Shown: positions 9,896 through 19,352 of the stretch, in pieces
Layout: each line of letters begins with the position of its first letter
How positions within the stretch are numbered: the stretch's first letter is position 1
Origin: Nitrospinales bacterium
Lineage (GTDB): Bacteria > Nitrospinota > Nitrospinia > Nitrospinales > VA-1
Assembly: GCA_965262115.1 (NCBI GenBank)
Contig: OZ253496.1
Coordinates: 1,088,001 to 1,152,000, forward strand
Direction of reading: 5' to 3'
Length of the DNA stretch: 64,000 nucleotides
The notes under the pieces: generated by a model
Told to the model about the DNA's origin: nothing
What the model saw: the letters and a program-made list of their open reading frames with translations, nothing else
Databases searched by the model: none
Program-made: the position numbers and the translations under genes

Positions 9896-11068
9896 TCAAG
9901 ACGATTTGGATTCCGCCTGAGGAAGGTTGGGTTTGGGATTGATCATATCTTTCTTACTGAGAATGTCGATGAGGTTTTTATCCCGGCAGGCGACGGCAAT
10001 ATCGATCAATCCATCGCCATTAAAATCCGCCACTGCCATGCCCTGGGGATGCTCATCGACCCGATGGTAAATAGGAGGATAGGTGAAGGTTCCGTTTCCC
10101 CTGCCAAGGGAAACACTAATCATGTCATCGGTGGCATTGGAGACGGCTATATCCTCAAAACCATCACCGGTAAAATCGGCAGCCACGACATATTTCGGAA
10201 AATTCCCCGAAGCAAAATCCCGCAATGAATCGAAAGTCTTATCACCTTTGTTTATAAGCGTGGTCAGAGCATGCAGAGAGTTGCTGGAAGTCACAAATTC
10301 CTTCAACCCGTCATTGTTCACATCCAGGCTGACAATGGTGAGGGGCTGTTTCCCGCCTTTAAAGACTTTTGAGCTTTCAAATTTTCCATCGCCCTTGCCC
10401 CAGAGAACCTGAACACCGGTAAATGCATTGCCCGCCAAAGCTACAGCGATATCTGTCTTTCCATCCTGATTGTAATCGTCGACAACAACTCCTGTCGGCT
10501 GCCCCTTGACAGGCATGGAATCCGGATCAGAAAAAACCCCATTGCCTTTCCCCAGCATCACAACCACATTCGAAAAGCGCATGGTGATCACCAGGTCAAT
10601 TCTCCCGTCAGAATTAAAATCTCCAGATGACATGTTGATGGGAATTTTTCCTGGCTTAAGCACTTGGCTGGTTTTTTGGAAACTTCCCAACCGCGTGTTC
10701 AAAAAAATCTGGATGGTCTGGTCAGCATAATTGAGCACTGCAATATCTGTGTAACCGTCTTCATTGAAATCTCCCGAAACCAGACAAATCGGGTCTCTAC
10801 CGGTTCTATAAACAAGCTGATCCCTGAAAGTCCCATCGCCCATTCCCTTAAAAAAATAAAAAGAATCCCCGCCAGTATTGGTCACAACCAAATCCGGAAC
10901 TTTGTCGCGGTTAAAATCATCGGTAATGAGAAAAGAAGGTTCTTTTCCCGTATCCATGGAATAGCTCAAGGCAAAAATGCGGGGCATTTTTTTCCGGGCC
11001 TTGGGAGGAGGACACCCCAGCAGGACAAAAACCATCAGGAACGCAATTATTGAATAATGTTTTTTCAT
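9896..11068 (-). CDS. FG-GAP/VCBS repeat lipoprotein (beta-propeller)
   Basis: Lipobox LLGC; about 7 DFNxDGxxDIAV repeats. Confidence 0.9.
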   Translation of the reverse strand: MKKHYSIIAFLMVFVLLGCPPPKARKKMPRIFALSYSMDTGKEPSFLITDDFNRDKVPDLVVTNTGGDSFYFFKGMGDGTFRDQLVYRTGRDPICLVSGDFNEDGYTDIAVLNYADQTIQIFLNTRLGSFQKTSQVLKPGKIPINMSSGDFNSDGRIDLVITMRFSNVVVMLGKGNGVFSDPDSMPVKGQPTGVVVDDYNQDGKTDIAVALAGNAFTGVQVLWGKGDGKFESSKVFKGGKQPLTIVSLDVNNDGLKEFVTSSNSLHALTTLINKGDKTFDSLRDFASGNFPKYVVAADFTGDGFEDIAVSNATDDMISVSLGRGNGTFTYPPIYHRVDEHPQGMAVADFNGDGLIDIAVACRDKNLIDILSKKDMINPKPNLPQAESKSS

Positions 11069-11769
11069 GAAGCTCCGTTGAAAAAAAGGAGAGTACCACA
11101 GGAACCCTGGGGAAACAATGTTACACAGCCGGGCTGGGAAAGCAGAAAAGCATGGATCGTGAGACCCATGCTTTGCATGAACTCCTCTCCAGGATAAAGA
11201 CGCGTGATCACCGTATTCAAAAAGTCCGGTTGCCGGTATGGGGTGCCCTGCTCAAAGATTCTGCAAGTTCCATCATTGAGGCCAAAAGCCCCTGCCACAA
11301 CCGCGCTCTTGATGTTTTCGCCCTCGCTGTAAATAAGCACTCCGTCAGGGTTGACTTCAATCGCCGTCACGCGGTTATGAACCACTTGGGCACCAGCCTT
11401 CTGAGCCTCTTCGAGCATGAAGGCATCAAATTTGGAACGTTTCACAGAAGCCGACCGGCCATGCTCTTCCCCGACCAAATCCGGGCTCAACAAATCAGAA
11501 TGCAGGCAATAACCCTCAATTTCATTGAGCGCCAGACTTTCCGGTAAAGCCAGATCCAATTCATTTTTAAGGATGTCCTAGAAAGGCGGAGAGAGCACGC
11601 CAATATACTGATTATAGTGACGCTGCTCTGCGAATTTTTTATGCTCGAGCAACACCACATTTATTTCCCTGCTCAACCGTCTGGCTTCTCTTAAGAGAGT
11701 CATAGCACAGGCCGATCCGCCGGGGCCTCCCCCAACAATACAAACTGTATCTCCATCATTAATGAGCAT
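11065..11769 (-). pseudogene. FAD-dependent oxidoreductase (geranylgeranyl-reductase-like), disrupted
   Basis: IVGGGPGGS Rossmann start; in-frame TAG at 11578-11580; R.KFD.F.LE.A...GA continues in the same frame; C-terminal half missing. Confidence 0.75.
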
Positions 11770-11786
11770 CAGGTCTTTATCCTGTT

Positions 11787-13319
11787 TTAATCCGGGATCG
11801 CTTGCAGACTTTTTTTCCTGAAAAACTCCAGCATTCCCTTAAAAATATAGGAGTGGAAGGTTGACATAGCCACCCAGTAAAGTTTTCCCCAAAAAGGTTT
11901 GGGAATGAAATGCGCCTTCAACGTCAAACGGGTTCCCCCGTTCTGATCCGGATCGAGCTGGAACTCGAGCCAGGACAGGCCCGGAGTGATCATTTCTGCC
12001 CTCAACAGCAGTCCGCGGTTGAGTTCCAGCTTTTCCACTCTCCAGAAATCTACCGAATCCCCAACGCGAAGATTGGCCGGGTCGCGCCGACCTCGTTGCA
12101 ATCCCACTCCCCCCAGGAGTCGGTCAATGAGACCGCGAATTCCCCAAAGGATGTTGGCGTGGTTCCAGCCATGCTTGCCCCCGATCTGACAAATCACCGG
12201 GAATACCTGCTCCGGAGTCGCCGGAATATCTATTCCATGTTCGTCAATGACGAACTCGGAAGCCTCAAACTGATACAGAGGCAAAAGGTCACTCATATTT
12301 TCAGGCGGAACATCACTCCAATGCGAAAATACTCTCGAGCTTTTTTCTTTCTCCTGAGCCCATTTTACGGCTGTTATAAAATCCAGCGGTTCGAAGGGAA
12401 GAATGGTTGAGATTTCGTTATCCACACACACCACGTCAGTTTTAAGGCTGCTCAGTAAAAGCGAAGTAATATTTACCGGAATGGAAATAAAACAATGAAG
12501 CCAGTAAGCATAAAGTCGGCACATCCAGTCAACAGGAATGGGCACCCAGGAAACATCAATGAAACGGATCAGCCGATTCAAGATTTTAGCAAAACGTAAA
12601 ATCATTTCCTTATAGGGCAATACATCCTTGCCACCGATTTGGAAAACACGTGACTCCAGGCCCGGAGTTTCCATAATACCGACCAGATATTTGACGACAT
12701 CCCGGATCGCGACAGGCTGGCAGATGGAATTGAACTCCGGTAAAAAAGGAATGAAACGGTTGTTCAAAGTCAGCGATTTCATCAATTCATAAGACGCGCT
12801 TCCAGCACCAACGATAATGGCCGCCCGAACCTGGATGGTCGGAACACTGCCCTGTGACAATATATTCCCGACCTCCATTCTGCTTCTAAGGTGCGGCGAC
12901 ATGCGATCATCTTTTTCTCCCAGTCCGCCCAGGTAGATGACCCGTTTCACGCCATGGTGTTCAGCCGATTCCCGGAAGTTTTTTGCGGCCTGCTGGTCGT
13001 TTATTATAAACTCCTCCTTTTTCAACCTCATGCTGTGAATTAAATAATATGCATAGTCAACATCCTTCAAGGCGGGGAGCAACTCTTCCCTGTTCAGGCA
13101 ATCGGCATAAACATGTTCGACGCGAGGATGCGTCAATAGTGTCGGGCAACTGATATTTCTGTACATACACCGGACAATATAGCCTCTTGAAACCAGTTCA
13201 GGAATTAACCTGTGCGCCACATACCCGGTTGCCCCGGTCACAAGAACCCGTGTTCCTTCTGGCCAGGGGCAGGTGTGAAGATCATCACAATAGTGGTAAT
13301 TGACTTTTTCCGGATCCAT
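11787..13319 (-). CDS. NAD(P)-binding SDR-like protein with C-terminal DUF2867 (YbjT-like)
   Basis: VLVTGATGY, YYLIHSM, HLRSR.EVG, GGVGL.RGRR, GD.VDFWRVE. Confidence 0.88.
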   Translation of the reverse strand: MDPEKVNYHYCDDLHTCPWPEGTRVLVTGATGYVAHRLIPELVSRGYIVRCMYRNISCPTLLTHPRVEHVYADCLNREELLPALKDVDYAYYLIHSMRLKKEEFIINDQQAAKNFRESAEHHGVKRVIYLGGLGEKDDRMSPHLRSRMEVGNILSQGSVPTIQVRAAIIVGAGSASYELMKSLTLNNRFIPFLPEFNSICQPVAIRDVVKYLVGIMETPGLESRVFQIGGKDVLPYKEMILRFAKILNRLIRFIDVSWVPIPVDWMCRLYAYWLHCFISIPVNITSLLLSSLKTDVVCVDNEISTILPFEPLDFITAVKWAQEKEKSSRVFSHWSDVPPENMSDLLPLYQFEASEFVIDEHGIDIPATPEQVFPVICQIGGKHGWNHANILWGIRGLIDRLLGGVGLQRGRRDPANLRVGDSVDFWRVEKLELNRGLLLRAEMITPGLSWLEFQLDPDQNGGTRLTLKAHFIPKPFWGKLYWVAMSTFHSYIFKGMLEFFRKKSLQAIPD

Positions 13320-13353
13320 ACCTGAAATATATCCCCAACCGCCGAATTCGCAA

Positions 13354-13525
13354 GCCCCCGGCGTAGCCGCCGGTGGCAAATTGCAATGGATTTAAATTGC
13401 TTTCAACCGGTTAGCTCGGCTTAAAGAGGTGTTGTCCACTGGGTCCAGCGTCACGCAGGCAAAGCGAAAGAGATCATTCAGCCGAGACAACTCTTTGCTT
13501 GCTTAATAAAGCCATTGCCCTTTGG
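13354..13525. repeat. REP/REPIN-like long imperfect palindrome
   Basis: CCGGCG..CGCCGG hairpin plus GCAATGG/CCATTGC and CTCGGCT/AGCCGAG inverted arms; 13468-13523 matches 52304-52359 at 46/56. Confidence 0.6.
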
Positions 13526-13533
13526 CCCCGCTC

Positions 13534-14364
13534 CTAGCGGGAGAAAAAGGGGTTGTGGCGTTTTTCTTCGCCAACGGTGGTCGCAGGGCCATGGCCGGGG
13601 AAAAGGCGCGTGTGGTCTGGCAGAGTCAAAAGTCTTTGGGCGATGGAATCGTACAGCCCAGACCAGGAGGAGTTGGCGCGTCCCATGGAACCGGCGAAGA
13701 TGGCATCACCGGAGAAAACCGTGTCATGGATTTTATAGGACACTCCGCCTGAGGTGTGACCGGGCGTGAAAAGAACTTCTATATTTAACTGGCCCAGTTT
13801 TATTGATTCTCCATCCTTTAAAAACTTAAAGTCACGGCTGCCTGAGGGGCGAGGTTCTTTTTTATCAATCCAGGCGGGACAGTTATAGGTTTTATCCAGG
13901 AGTTCCAGTCCCCCGGCGTGGTCAAAGTGGGCATGGGTTAAAAGGATTTTTTCCGGGTGAAGTTTCAGCTCTTTGGCTTTCTTAATGATCGCCTCCGGAT
14001 TCCCTCCCGTATCAATCACCGCAGAGGTTTGTGTAGCCTTGCAAATTACCAGATAACATTTAACGGGATAGGTTCCGACAAACACATCCAGGCAGACCGT
14101 ATCGAAAGGGGCGGGATCCGGCTCAATAGGTTTGGGAGCCCAGGTCGCATTCGCGACCGCGATCAACGATGGAGCATGAAGGCCCAGAACTTCAGCAAGA
14201 TTTTTTAAGACACCCTCTTCCGGAACAAACTCATAACGCTCCATCCGGGAAATATCACCCACACTGATTCCCGAAGCATAAGCCAAGTCAGACTGGCGCC
14301 AGCTTTTGCCATCTCTGGCCTTTTCCAGTACGTCTCCCAATTCATCTTCCAAAGGTCCTGACAT
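13534..14364 (-). CDS. XRE-type HTH fused to an MBL-fold (glyoxalase II-like) hydrolase
   Basis: N-terminal QSDLA..SGIS...ISRMER helix-turn-helix; THAHFDH, TPGHT, FSGD and PGHGP motifs. Confidence 0.85.
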   Translation of the reverse strand: MSGPLEDELGDVLEKARDGKSWRQSDLAYASGISVGDISRMERYEFVPEEGVLKNLAEVLGLHAPSLIAVANATWAPKPIEPDPAPFDTVCLDVFVGTYPVKCYLVICKATQTSAVIDTGGNPEAIIKKAKELKLHPEKILLTHAHFDHAGGLELLDKTYNCPAWIDKKEPRPSGSRDFKFLKDGESIKLGQLNIEVLFTPGHTSGGVSYKIHDTVFSGDAIFAGSMGRANSSWSGLYDSIAQRLLTLPDHTRLFPGHGPATTVGEEKRHNPFFSR

Positions 14365-14420
14365 AAAACCTCCTATTGGGAAATTATACTAGAAATTTTG
14401 CCAAATCAAACAAGCTTCCA

Positions 14421-15251
14421 TCAACCTTCTTTCTGTTCAGCCGGCTTCAGTTCCTTCCACTGAGTATCCTCACTTGAGGAGGCTGGCCCGGCTGAGGAAA
14501 ATACATAAACCATCCCCACCATGACTCCCCCACCCACCATATTTCCGAGTGTCACAAACACCTGATTGTGAAAGAAACCTGTAAGTGATACTTCCGCTCC
14601 ATGCGGCAGCAACAATGCCAGGCTCATCAGCGACTGGTTGGCGATACTGTGTTCGTATCCACTACCAATAAAAGCAAACAGGCACCAGAATATCATGATC
14701 AGTTTGGCAGTCTCGTCCCCGTTTCGGTTGGCGATCCAGACCGCCAGACACACCAGCCAGTTACACAAAATACCCCTGAAAAAAGCTTCTTGCGCACCGA
14801 GGGCCATTTTCGCTCCTGCTACTTTGACAATCAGGGCCTGAGCTTCGGCAGACAGGCTTCCCCCCTGCACCACCAGCCACGCAAAAAATACAGAACCCAG
14901 AAGATTACCGATAAAACATAGCGCGAACAATTTGAATATGGCGTTGAAACCTACCCGGTTTTTCAGTTTACCCACGGCAAAAACCATGTTATTGCCAGTG
15001 AACAGTTCCGAACCGGAAAAAACAACCAGGCTCAAAGCCACACCAAAACTAGCACCCATGATCAGTTTCATGAAGGGTGCAAACTGCGTTCCCGCCAAGG
15101 GAGCCCCTACCGAGAAAATTAAAACAATGCCAAAGCCTAGATAGGCCCCAGCCAGGGCAGACAGAGCCAGGTATCCCGGAGGGAAACGGTTCATGGCCTT
15201 GATTTTCTTTTCTGCGGCAAAAGCCAGTTTTCCTAAATCATTTTCGAACAT
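14421..15251 (-). CDS. nirC: Formate/nitrite transporter
   Basis: GSELFTGN, GILCNWLVCLA and GYEHSIAN motifs; directly downstream of nirA. Confidence 0.9.
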   Translation of the reverse strand: MFENDLGKLAFAAEKKIKAMNRFPPGYLALSALAGAYLGFGIVLIFSVGAPLAGTQFAPFMKLIMGASFGVALSLVVFSGSELFTGNNMVFAVGKLKNRVGFNAIFKLFALCFIGNLLGSVFFAWLVVQGGSLSAEAQALIVKVAGAKMALGAQEAFFRGILCNWLVCLAVWIANRNGDETAKLIMIFWCLFAFIGSGYEHSIANQSLMSLALLLPHGAEVSLTGFFHNQVFVTLGNMVGGGVMVGMVYVFSSAGPASSSEDTQWKELKPAEQKEG

Positions 15252-15279
15252 TTCAGGTTTCCTTTCTATCAGTCAATTT

Positions 15280-16872
15280 CTAATGCGTGGTTTTTATTTC
15301 TTCCAGCACATTAGTTTCTGTTTGCTTTTGCGGTTTCGTTAGCAAAGGCGTGTCACGTCTTCTTGCATATTTTTTTCCCTTGATCGGGTACATTCTTTCG
15401 CGAGTGTGGTAGGGAACCACGAATTCCAAAACCTGTGCCAACTGATCACAGGGAACATCTTCCATGACCTTTACGGACAGTTTGGGATCAATTCCCGTTC
15501 GGCCGCCCATAAAAATATCCACCCCCTCAATCACTTCATTGCCGCGGCGCATCTTTTTTCCGAGCAGTCCAATATCCGCCACCAGATGGTTGCCGCATCC
15601 CGCCGGGCATCCCGACCAATGCATATTGATCGGTGCGGTGCCCGGGAGCTTGCCTTCAAGTTGCGCGGCAACCTTTAAAGCCATCGACTTGGTTTCAATT
15701 ACCGCCAAGTTGCAATAATCGCTTCCCACACAACTCACCAATCCCTTAAGAATACTGGAAGGGTGATAAGTGAACTCTTTGACCAACGCCTCTTCAAGCA
15801 TGTCCCCCAATTTCTGATCGGAAATATTGGGAATGATCAGGGAATTGGAATGGGAAAATCGTATTTCTCCGTTTCCATATTTTTCCGCAAGTCGGGCCAG
15901 CCCCTGCAACTTGTCAGCCTGAATACGTCCGACGGGAACCTTCAGCCCGACATAGTTCATCAAGGTCTGCTTCTGCCGGTAGGAACCAATATGTTCCGAT
16001 TTTTCGTTGCCTCTCAAATCCACGCCAGCGGAGGTCAACGGCCTTCCCAGCCTCTCTTCCAACGCCAAACGGAATTTCTCTTCCCCCCAATCTTCTATCA
16101 GAAAGGCCAGACGGTTTTTACTTCTCACATCTCGACTGCCGTGGTCGCGGTACAAAAGGATCAGCGCCGAACACACTTCGACCACTTCTTCGGGACGGAG
16201 GAAAACATCCAAAGGAGTGGCGATGCGGTAGCCCCCCGACCCCAACTTTCCACCCACCAGAACATTGAAACCATAAACCGGGCCGTTTTCTTCAATGGCC
16301 GGTACCAGCGCCAGGTCCTGGGTTTCCGCATGCACACAGTCATCCGGGCAACCACTCAATGTTATGTTGAACTTTCTTGGCAGATTGGAAAACTCCGGGT
16401 TGCCGACGATATGCTCGTTCAATGCCTTGACCAGCGAATAGGCATCGACCTTCTCCTTCGGATTCAAACCTGCTACCGGACATCCCATAATGTTGCGGAC
16501 ATTGTCCATTCCGGTTTGGGACGAGGTCAGTCCTACCTCTTCGAGCAGGTCGAAAACCTTGGGAATGCTTTCAATTTTTAGATGCCGTAATTGCACCTGT
16601 TGGCGGGTGGTGATGTCAATCATCCCATTACCGAAGGTAGCGGCTATAAACGAAAGAGCCCTGACCTGATGAGAAAAAGAAAGTCCATTAGGAATCCTCA
16701 CCCGCAACATAAAAAATCCTGGAGTGGGATTGCGCAAAAACAGTCCATACCATTTGAGACGCTGGATGTCCTCTTCGCTGATAGACTCCCAACCTTCTTT
16801 CGCAAAACGATGGAGTTCGCTTTTGATTTTCAAACCGTCTCTTTCAGATTTTATCAGTTCTATTTTGTTCAT
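15280..16872 (-). CDS. nirA: Ferredoxin-nitrite reductase (siroheme)
   Basis: LKWYGLF, TTRQ, GMDNVRN, LPRKFN, C.G..YC and SGCPAGC siroheme/[4Fe-4S] ligands. Confidence 0.92.
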   Translation of the reverse strand: MNKIELIKSERDGLKIKSELHRFAKEGWESISEEDIQRLKWYGLFLRNPTPGFFMLRVRIPNGLSFSHQVRALSFIAATFGNGMIDITTRQQVQLRHLKIESIPKVFDLLEEVGLTSSQTGMDNVRNIMGCPVAGLNPKEKVDAYSLVKALNEHIVGNPEFSNLPRKFNITLSGCPDDCVHAETQDLALVPAIEENGPVYGFNVLVGGKLGSGGYRIATPLDVFLRPEEVVEVCSALILLYRDHGSRDVRSKNRLAFLIEDWGEEKFRLALEERLGRPLTSAGVDLRGNEKSEHIGSYRQKQTLMNYVGLKVPVGRIQADKLQGLARLAEKYGNGEIRFSHSNSLIIPNISDQKLGDMLEEALVKEFTYHPSSILKGLVSCVGSDYCNLAVIETKSMALKVAAQLEGKLPGTAPINMHWSGCPAGCGNHLVADIGLLGKKMRRGNEVIEGVDIFMGGRTGIDPKLSVKVMEDVPCDQLAQVLEFVVPYHTRERMYPIKGKKYARRRDTPLLTKPQKQTETNVLEEIKTTH

Positions 16873-16929
16873 GGTTCCTCAACATTAGAAAATGATAGAC
16901 CTTTCCCATCGAAGGTATACAGAAGGCAG

Positions 16930-16945
16930 TACAATTAACGTGCCA
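16930..16945 (-). promoter_or_regulatory. Putative sigma-54 (-24/-12) promoter of nirA
   Basis: Minus strand TGGCACGTTAATTGTA: GG-N10-GT, about 60 nt upstream of the ATG. Confidence 0.55.
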
Positions 16946-17095
16946 TTTAGGAAAAATGGTCACTATGGCTTTTATTGATATAAGGTTAGGTCGATGGAGA
17001 CATTAATTTGTGGCAAGACAAATTGCTCAAAAAACAATCAAAGCAATTTTCTACTGCCATATAATGTGTCATCTGGAAATGCCTGAAAATGCCGT

Positions 17096-18919
17096 TTATT
17101 GCGGCAATTGCAGAATGGGGGTGTAGGGGCGCAGAAGTTTTCGAGTCCACCAGGAGCCGTCCCGGTTCCGGGTCTCAAAGTCTGAAAACCTGTAATCGTA
17201 GACCACCGCCTGCATGTATTTTGGGGGACTATCGGGAAACGGGTTTTTCTCCAGCAAGCCAATCACAACAGGTGAGCCCTGCAAAAGACGGATCATGAAC
17301 TGGACCAACCAGGGATTTCTTTCATAATTGCTGAGCGCGGCGAACCACATTTGCCAATCCAATCGGGGCTGGTGCGGGGCGACAAATTCCGGTTTTTTTA
17401 CCACATCGCCCGGTTTCCATTTGAATTCATAAGGAAACCAGTTCTCGCGGTCATCACTTCCCAGAATAATAATTTCCGGCCTCGATGTAGTCATCACTGC
17501 AAACAGACCGTAGGAGTTGAACAGGTGAAGAGGACGAATTGCATTGGCGATGAAAATATAAATGGCGGGGTAATTGCCGGAAGTAACGAGCAGGGGAACT
17601 GTATAAAGCATGATGGAGATCGCCAACGCTGCTACTCCCGCCCCTGCAAAAAATATTTTCTTCCACACAGAAACCGACATCGTGTCTTTCGACCTCGCAG
17701 ATTTCATCGGGAGCCATCTTGAGAGAATCGTATCATCCAGCAGAAGCAGGCACATGGCCAGAGTCAATAAGTTAAAGAAACAATAATTGCCGGTCAGGAA
17801 AATCAACATCTGATGAAAAACCAGTACGGCACAACCCATGTAGCGAATGCGTCGGGGACCAAAAATCAAAAATACTGCCCCAAGCTGAATGATGAAAGTG
17901 CCGACGACAGAAAACTCATGGAACCCATGAGGCAGCTGATGCGCATACCAACCTACCCAGGTTGGAAGCGGTTGGGTTTCGTAGTGGTAATAGAGTGCGG
18001 TGAAATCTCTCCAAGTGGAGTCCTGACTGATTATTTTGACCAACCCGGAAGAAAAAACAACGCGAAACAACAGAAACCGAAAGAGAAAAAGAACTGTCGC
18101 GGAGGGCGGGGATGCCCCTCTAACCCAAGGAACCAGGAAGAGTGCCAGAAATCCCATTTCAAGAAGCAGAGTGTCCCATTGGAATCCTAAAAAGGGTTGC
18201 GCCACATGGAAAAGAGAAAGATAAAATCCCCACGCCGCCAATAAGGCCCAGCCCACTTGGCGGTTGGCCATGACCAACATGGAGGCCCCCACGCCAAACA
18301 AACAGACCGCCTGCAAAAATCCATCTCCGGCATGAAACCAGAACAAGGTAGGAACTTTCCAAAAACGTTCCGGCCCCCAATGTGCCGCTGCATCTTTTAA
18401 ATGCGTCTCAACCGGATGAATGCCTTCGTGTCCAATCAGTCCTTCAACTTGAGTCCAAAGAGATAAAAAGGCCAGCAAATAAACCAGGCCGAGAAGAAAG
18501 AGAAACACCCGCCGGGCCAGAAACCAGGTGGGAGCTTCCGTGGAGCCTCCCCAAACCCAGCGAGTGAGAGCGCTAAAGAAACTTCGATTTTCGGCAATCT
18601 GTCTGTAACCCCACTCTGAAACCGGGGCGAATCCTGGAATATTTTCATAAGCCCTGAGAAGCCACTTCCCGTTAGGGGCATAAGCCAGGGTCTTAAAAAC
18701 AGCCTTAGCTCCTGAGCAAAAACTTCCATCAGGATCGACGAAATAGACAGAGAATGCAAAATGCTCGGGAGAAATCTGCGGGTAAGATTCGCCAGCCTCC
18801 TGAGAAGAACGGTAAACCACCGCGCCTTTCGTAAGAGGGCTCCAGCGCGCTACCCATAAACGACAAAATCCGCAATCGCCGTCATAGATCAAAACCGGTT
18901 TATCGTTTGTACTTTCCAT
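17096..18919 (-). CDS. DCC/DUF393 thiol-disulfide domain fused to lipase maturation factor (LMF1) family membrane protein
   Basis: YDGDCGFC; FQWD.LLLE.GF, HYETQPLP, NSYGLFAVMT and APHQPRLDWQMWFAAL. Confidence 0.9.
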   Translation of the reverse strand: MESTNDKPVLIYDGDCGFCRLWVARWSPLTKGAVVYRSSQEAGESYPQISPEHFAFSVYFVDPDGSFCSGAKAVFKTLAYAPNGKWLLRAYENIPGFAPVSEWGYRQIAENRSFFSALTRWVWGGSTEAPTWFLARRVFLFLLGLVYLLAFLSLWTQVEGLIGHEGIHPVETHLKDAAAHWGPERFWKVPTLFWFHAGDGFLQAVCLFGVGASMLVMANRQVGWALLAAWGFYLSLFHVAQPFLGFQWDTLLLEMGFLALFLVPWVRGASPPSATVLFLFRFLLFRVVFSSGLVKIISQDSTWRDFTALYYHYETQPLPTWVGWYAHQLPHGFHEFSVVGTFIIQLGAVFLIFGPRRIRYMGCAVLVFHQMLIFLTGNYCFFNLLTLAMCLLLLDDTILSRWLPMKSARSKDTMSVSVWKKIFFAGAGVAALAISIMLYTVPLLVTSGNYPAIYIFIANAIRPLHLFNSYGLFAVMTTSRPEIIILGSDDRENWFPYEFKWKPGDVVKKPEFVAPHQPRLDWQMWFAALSNYERNPWLVQFMIRLLQGSPVVIGLLEKNPFPDSPPKYMQAVVYDYRFSDFETRNRDGSWWTRKLLRPYTPILQLPQ

Positions 18920-19064
18920 AAGTGCTTCCAGAAACGAGCCCTGCTTTCGGACTGGCGACTCCTAAAATTTTTCTTTGTCAGAGAGTCTCTTTAATATTAT
19001 AGCCTTTATCCCAAGCCCATTTTCTCCACAAAATAGCCCATGAACCCGGCAGCCCCCTATTTCC

Positions 19065-19193
19065 GAGACCTTTGCGTAAGTCTATAAAGCAGAAAAGCGA
19101 GATGCTTCGACAAGCTCAGCATGACAATAAAAGGCTATCTTGTCATTCTGAGGAGCTATTGCAACGAAGAATCTTGGGTTATGCAAAGGTCTC
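19065..19193. mobile_element. MITE copy 2 (129 bp)
   Basis: GAGACCTTTGCGTAA...TTATGCAAAGGTCTC with a perfect 9-bp duplication CCTATTTCC. Confidence 0.9.
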
Positions 19194-19352
19194 CCTATTT
19201 CCCTGAAAGAATTTTCACAAATAGGCGGTTCTGACTTGCGTTCCGGGCCAAGCTGAGATAGCTTCTCTACTTTACCCATTGCTAAAATGTAAGATATCGA
19301 ATTATTAGAGGCACCCCTTAAAAGCATCTTTGATCGTTTCAGGAAGGATTCA

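Noticed and set aside
15763..16581. 272-aa plus-strand ORF and similar long antisense ORFs (e.g. 27357-27986)
   Set aside because: Shadows of nirA and spt on the opposite strand with no recognisable motifs
17021..17048. NtrC-type enhancer upstream of nirA
   Set aside because: Only a weak ATTGCT/AGCAAT inverted repeat, a poor match to TGCACC-N5-GGTGCA
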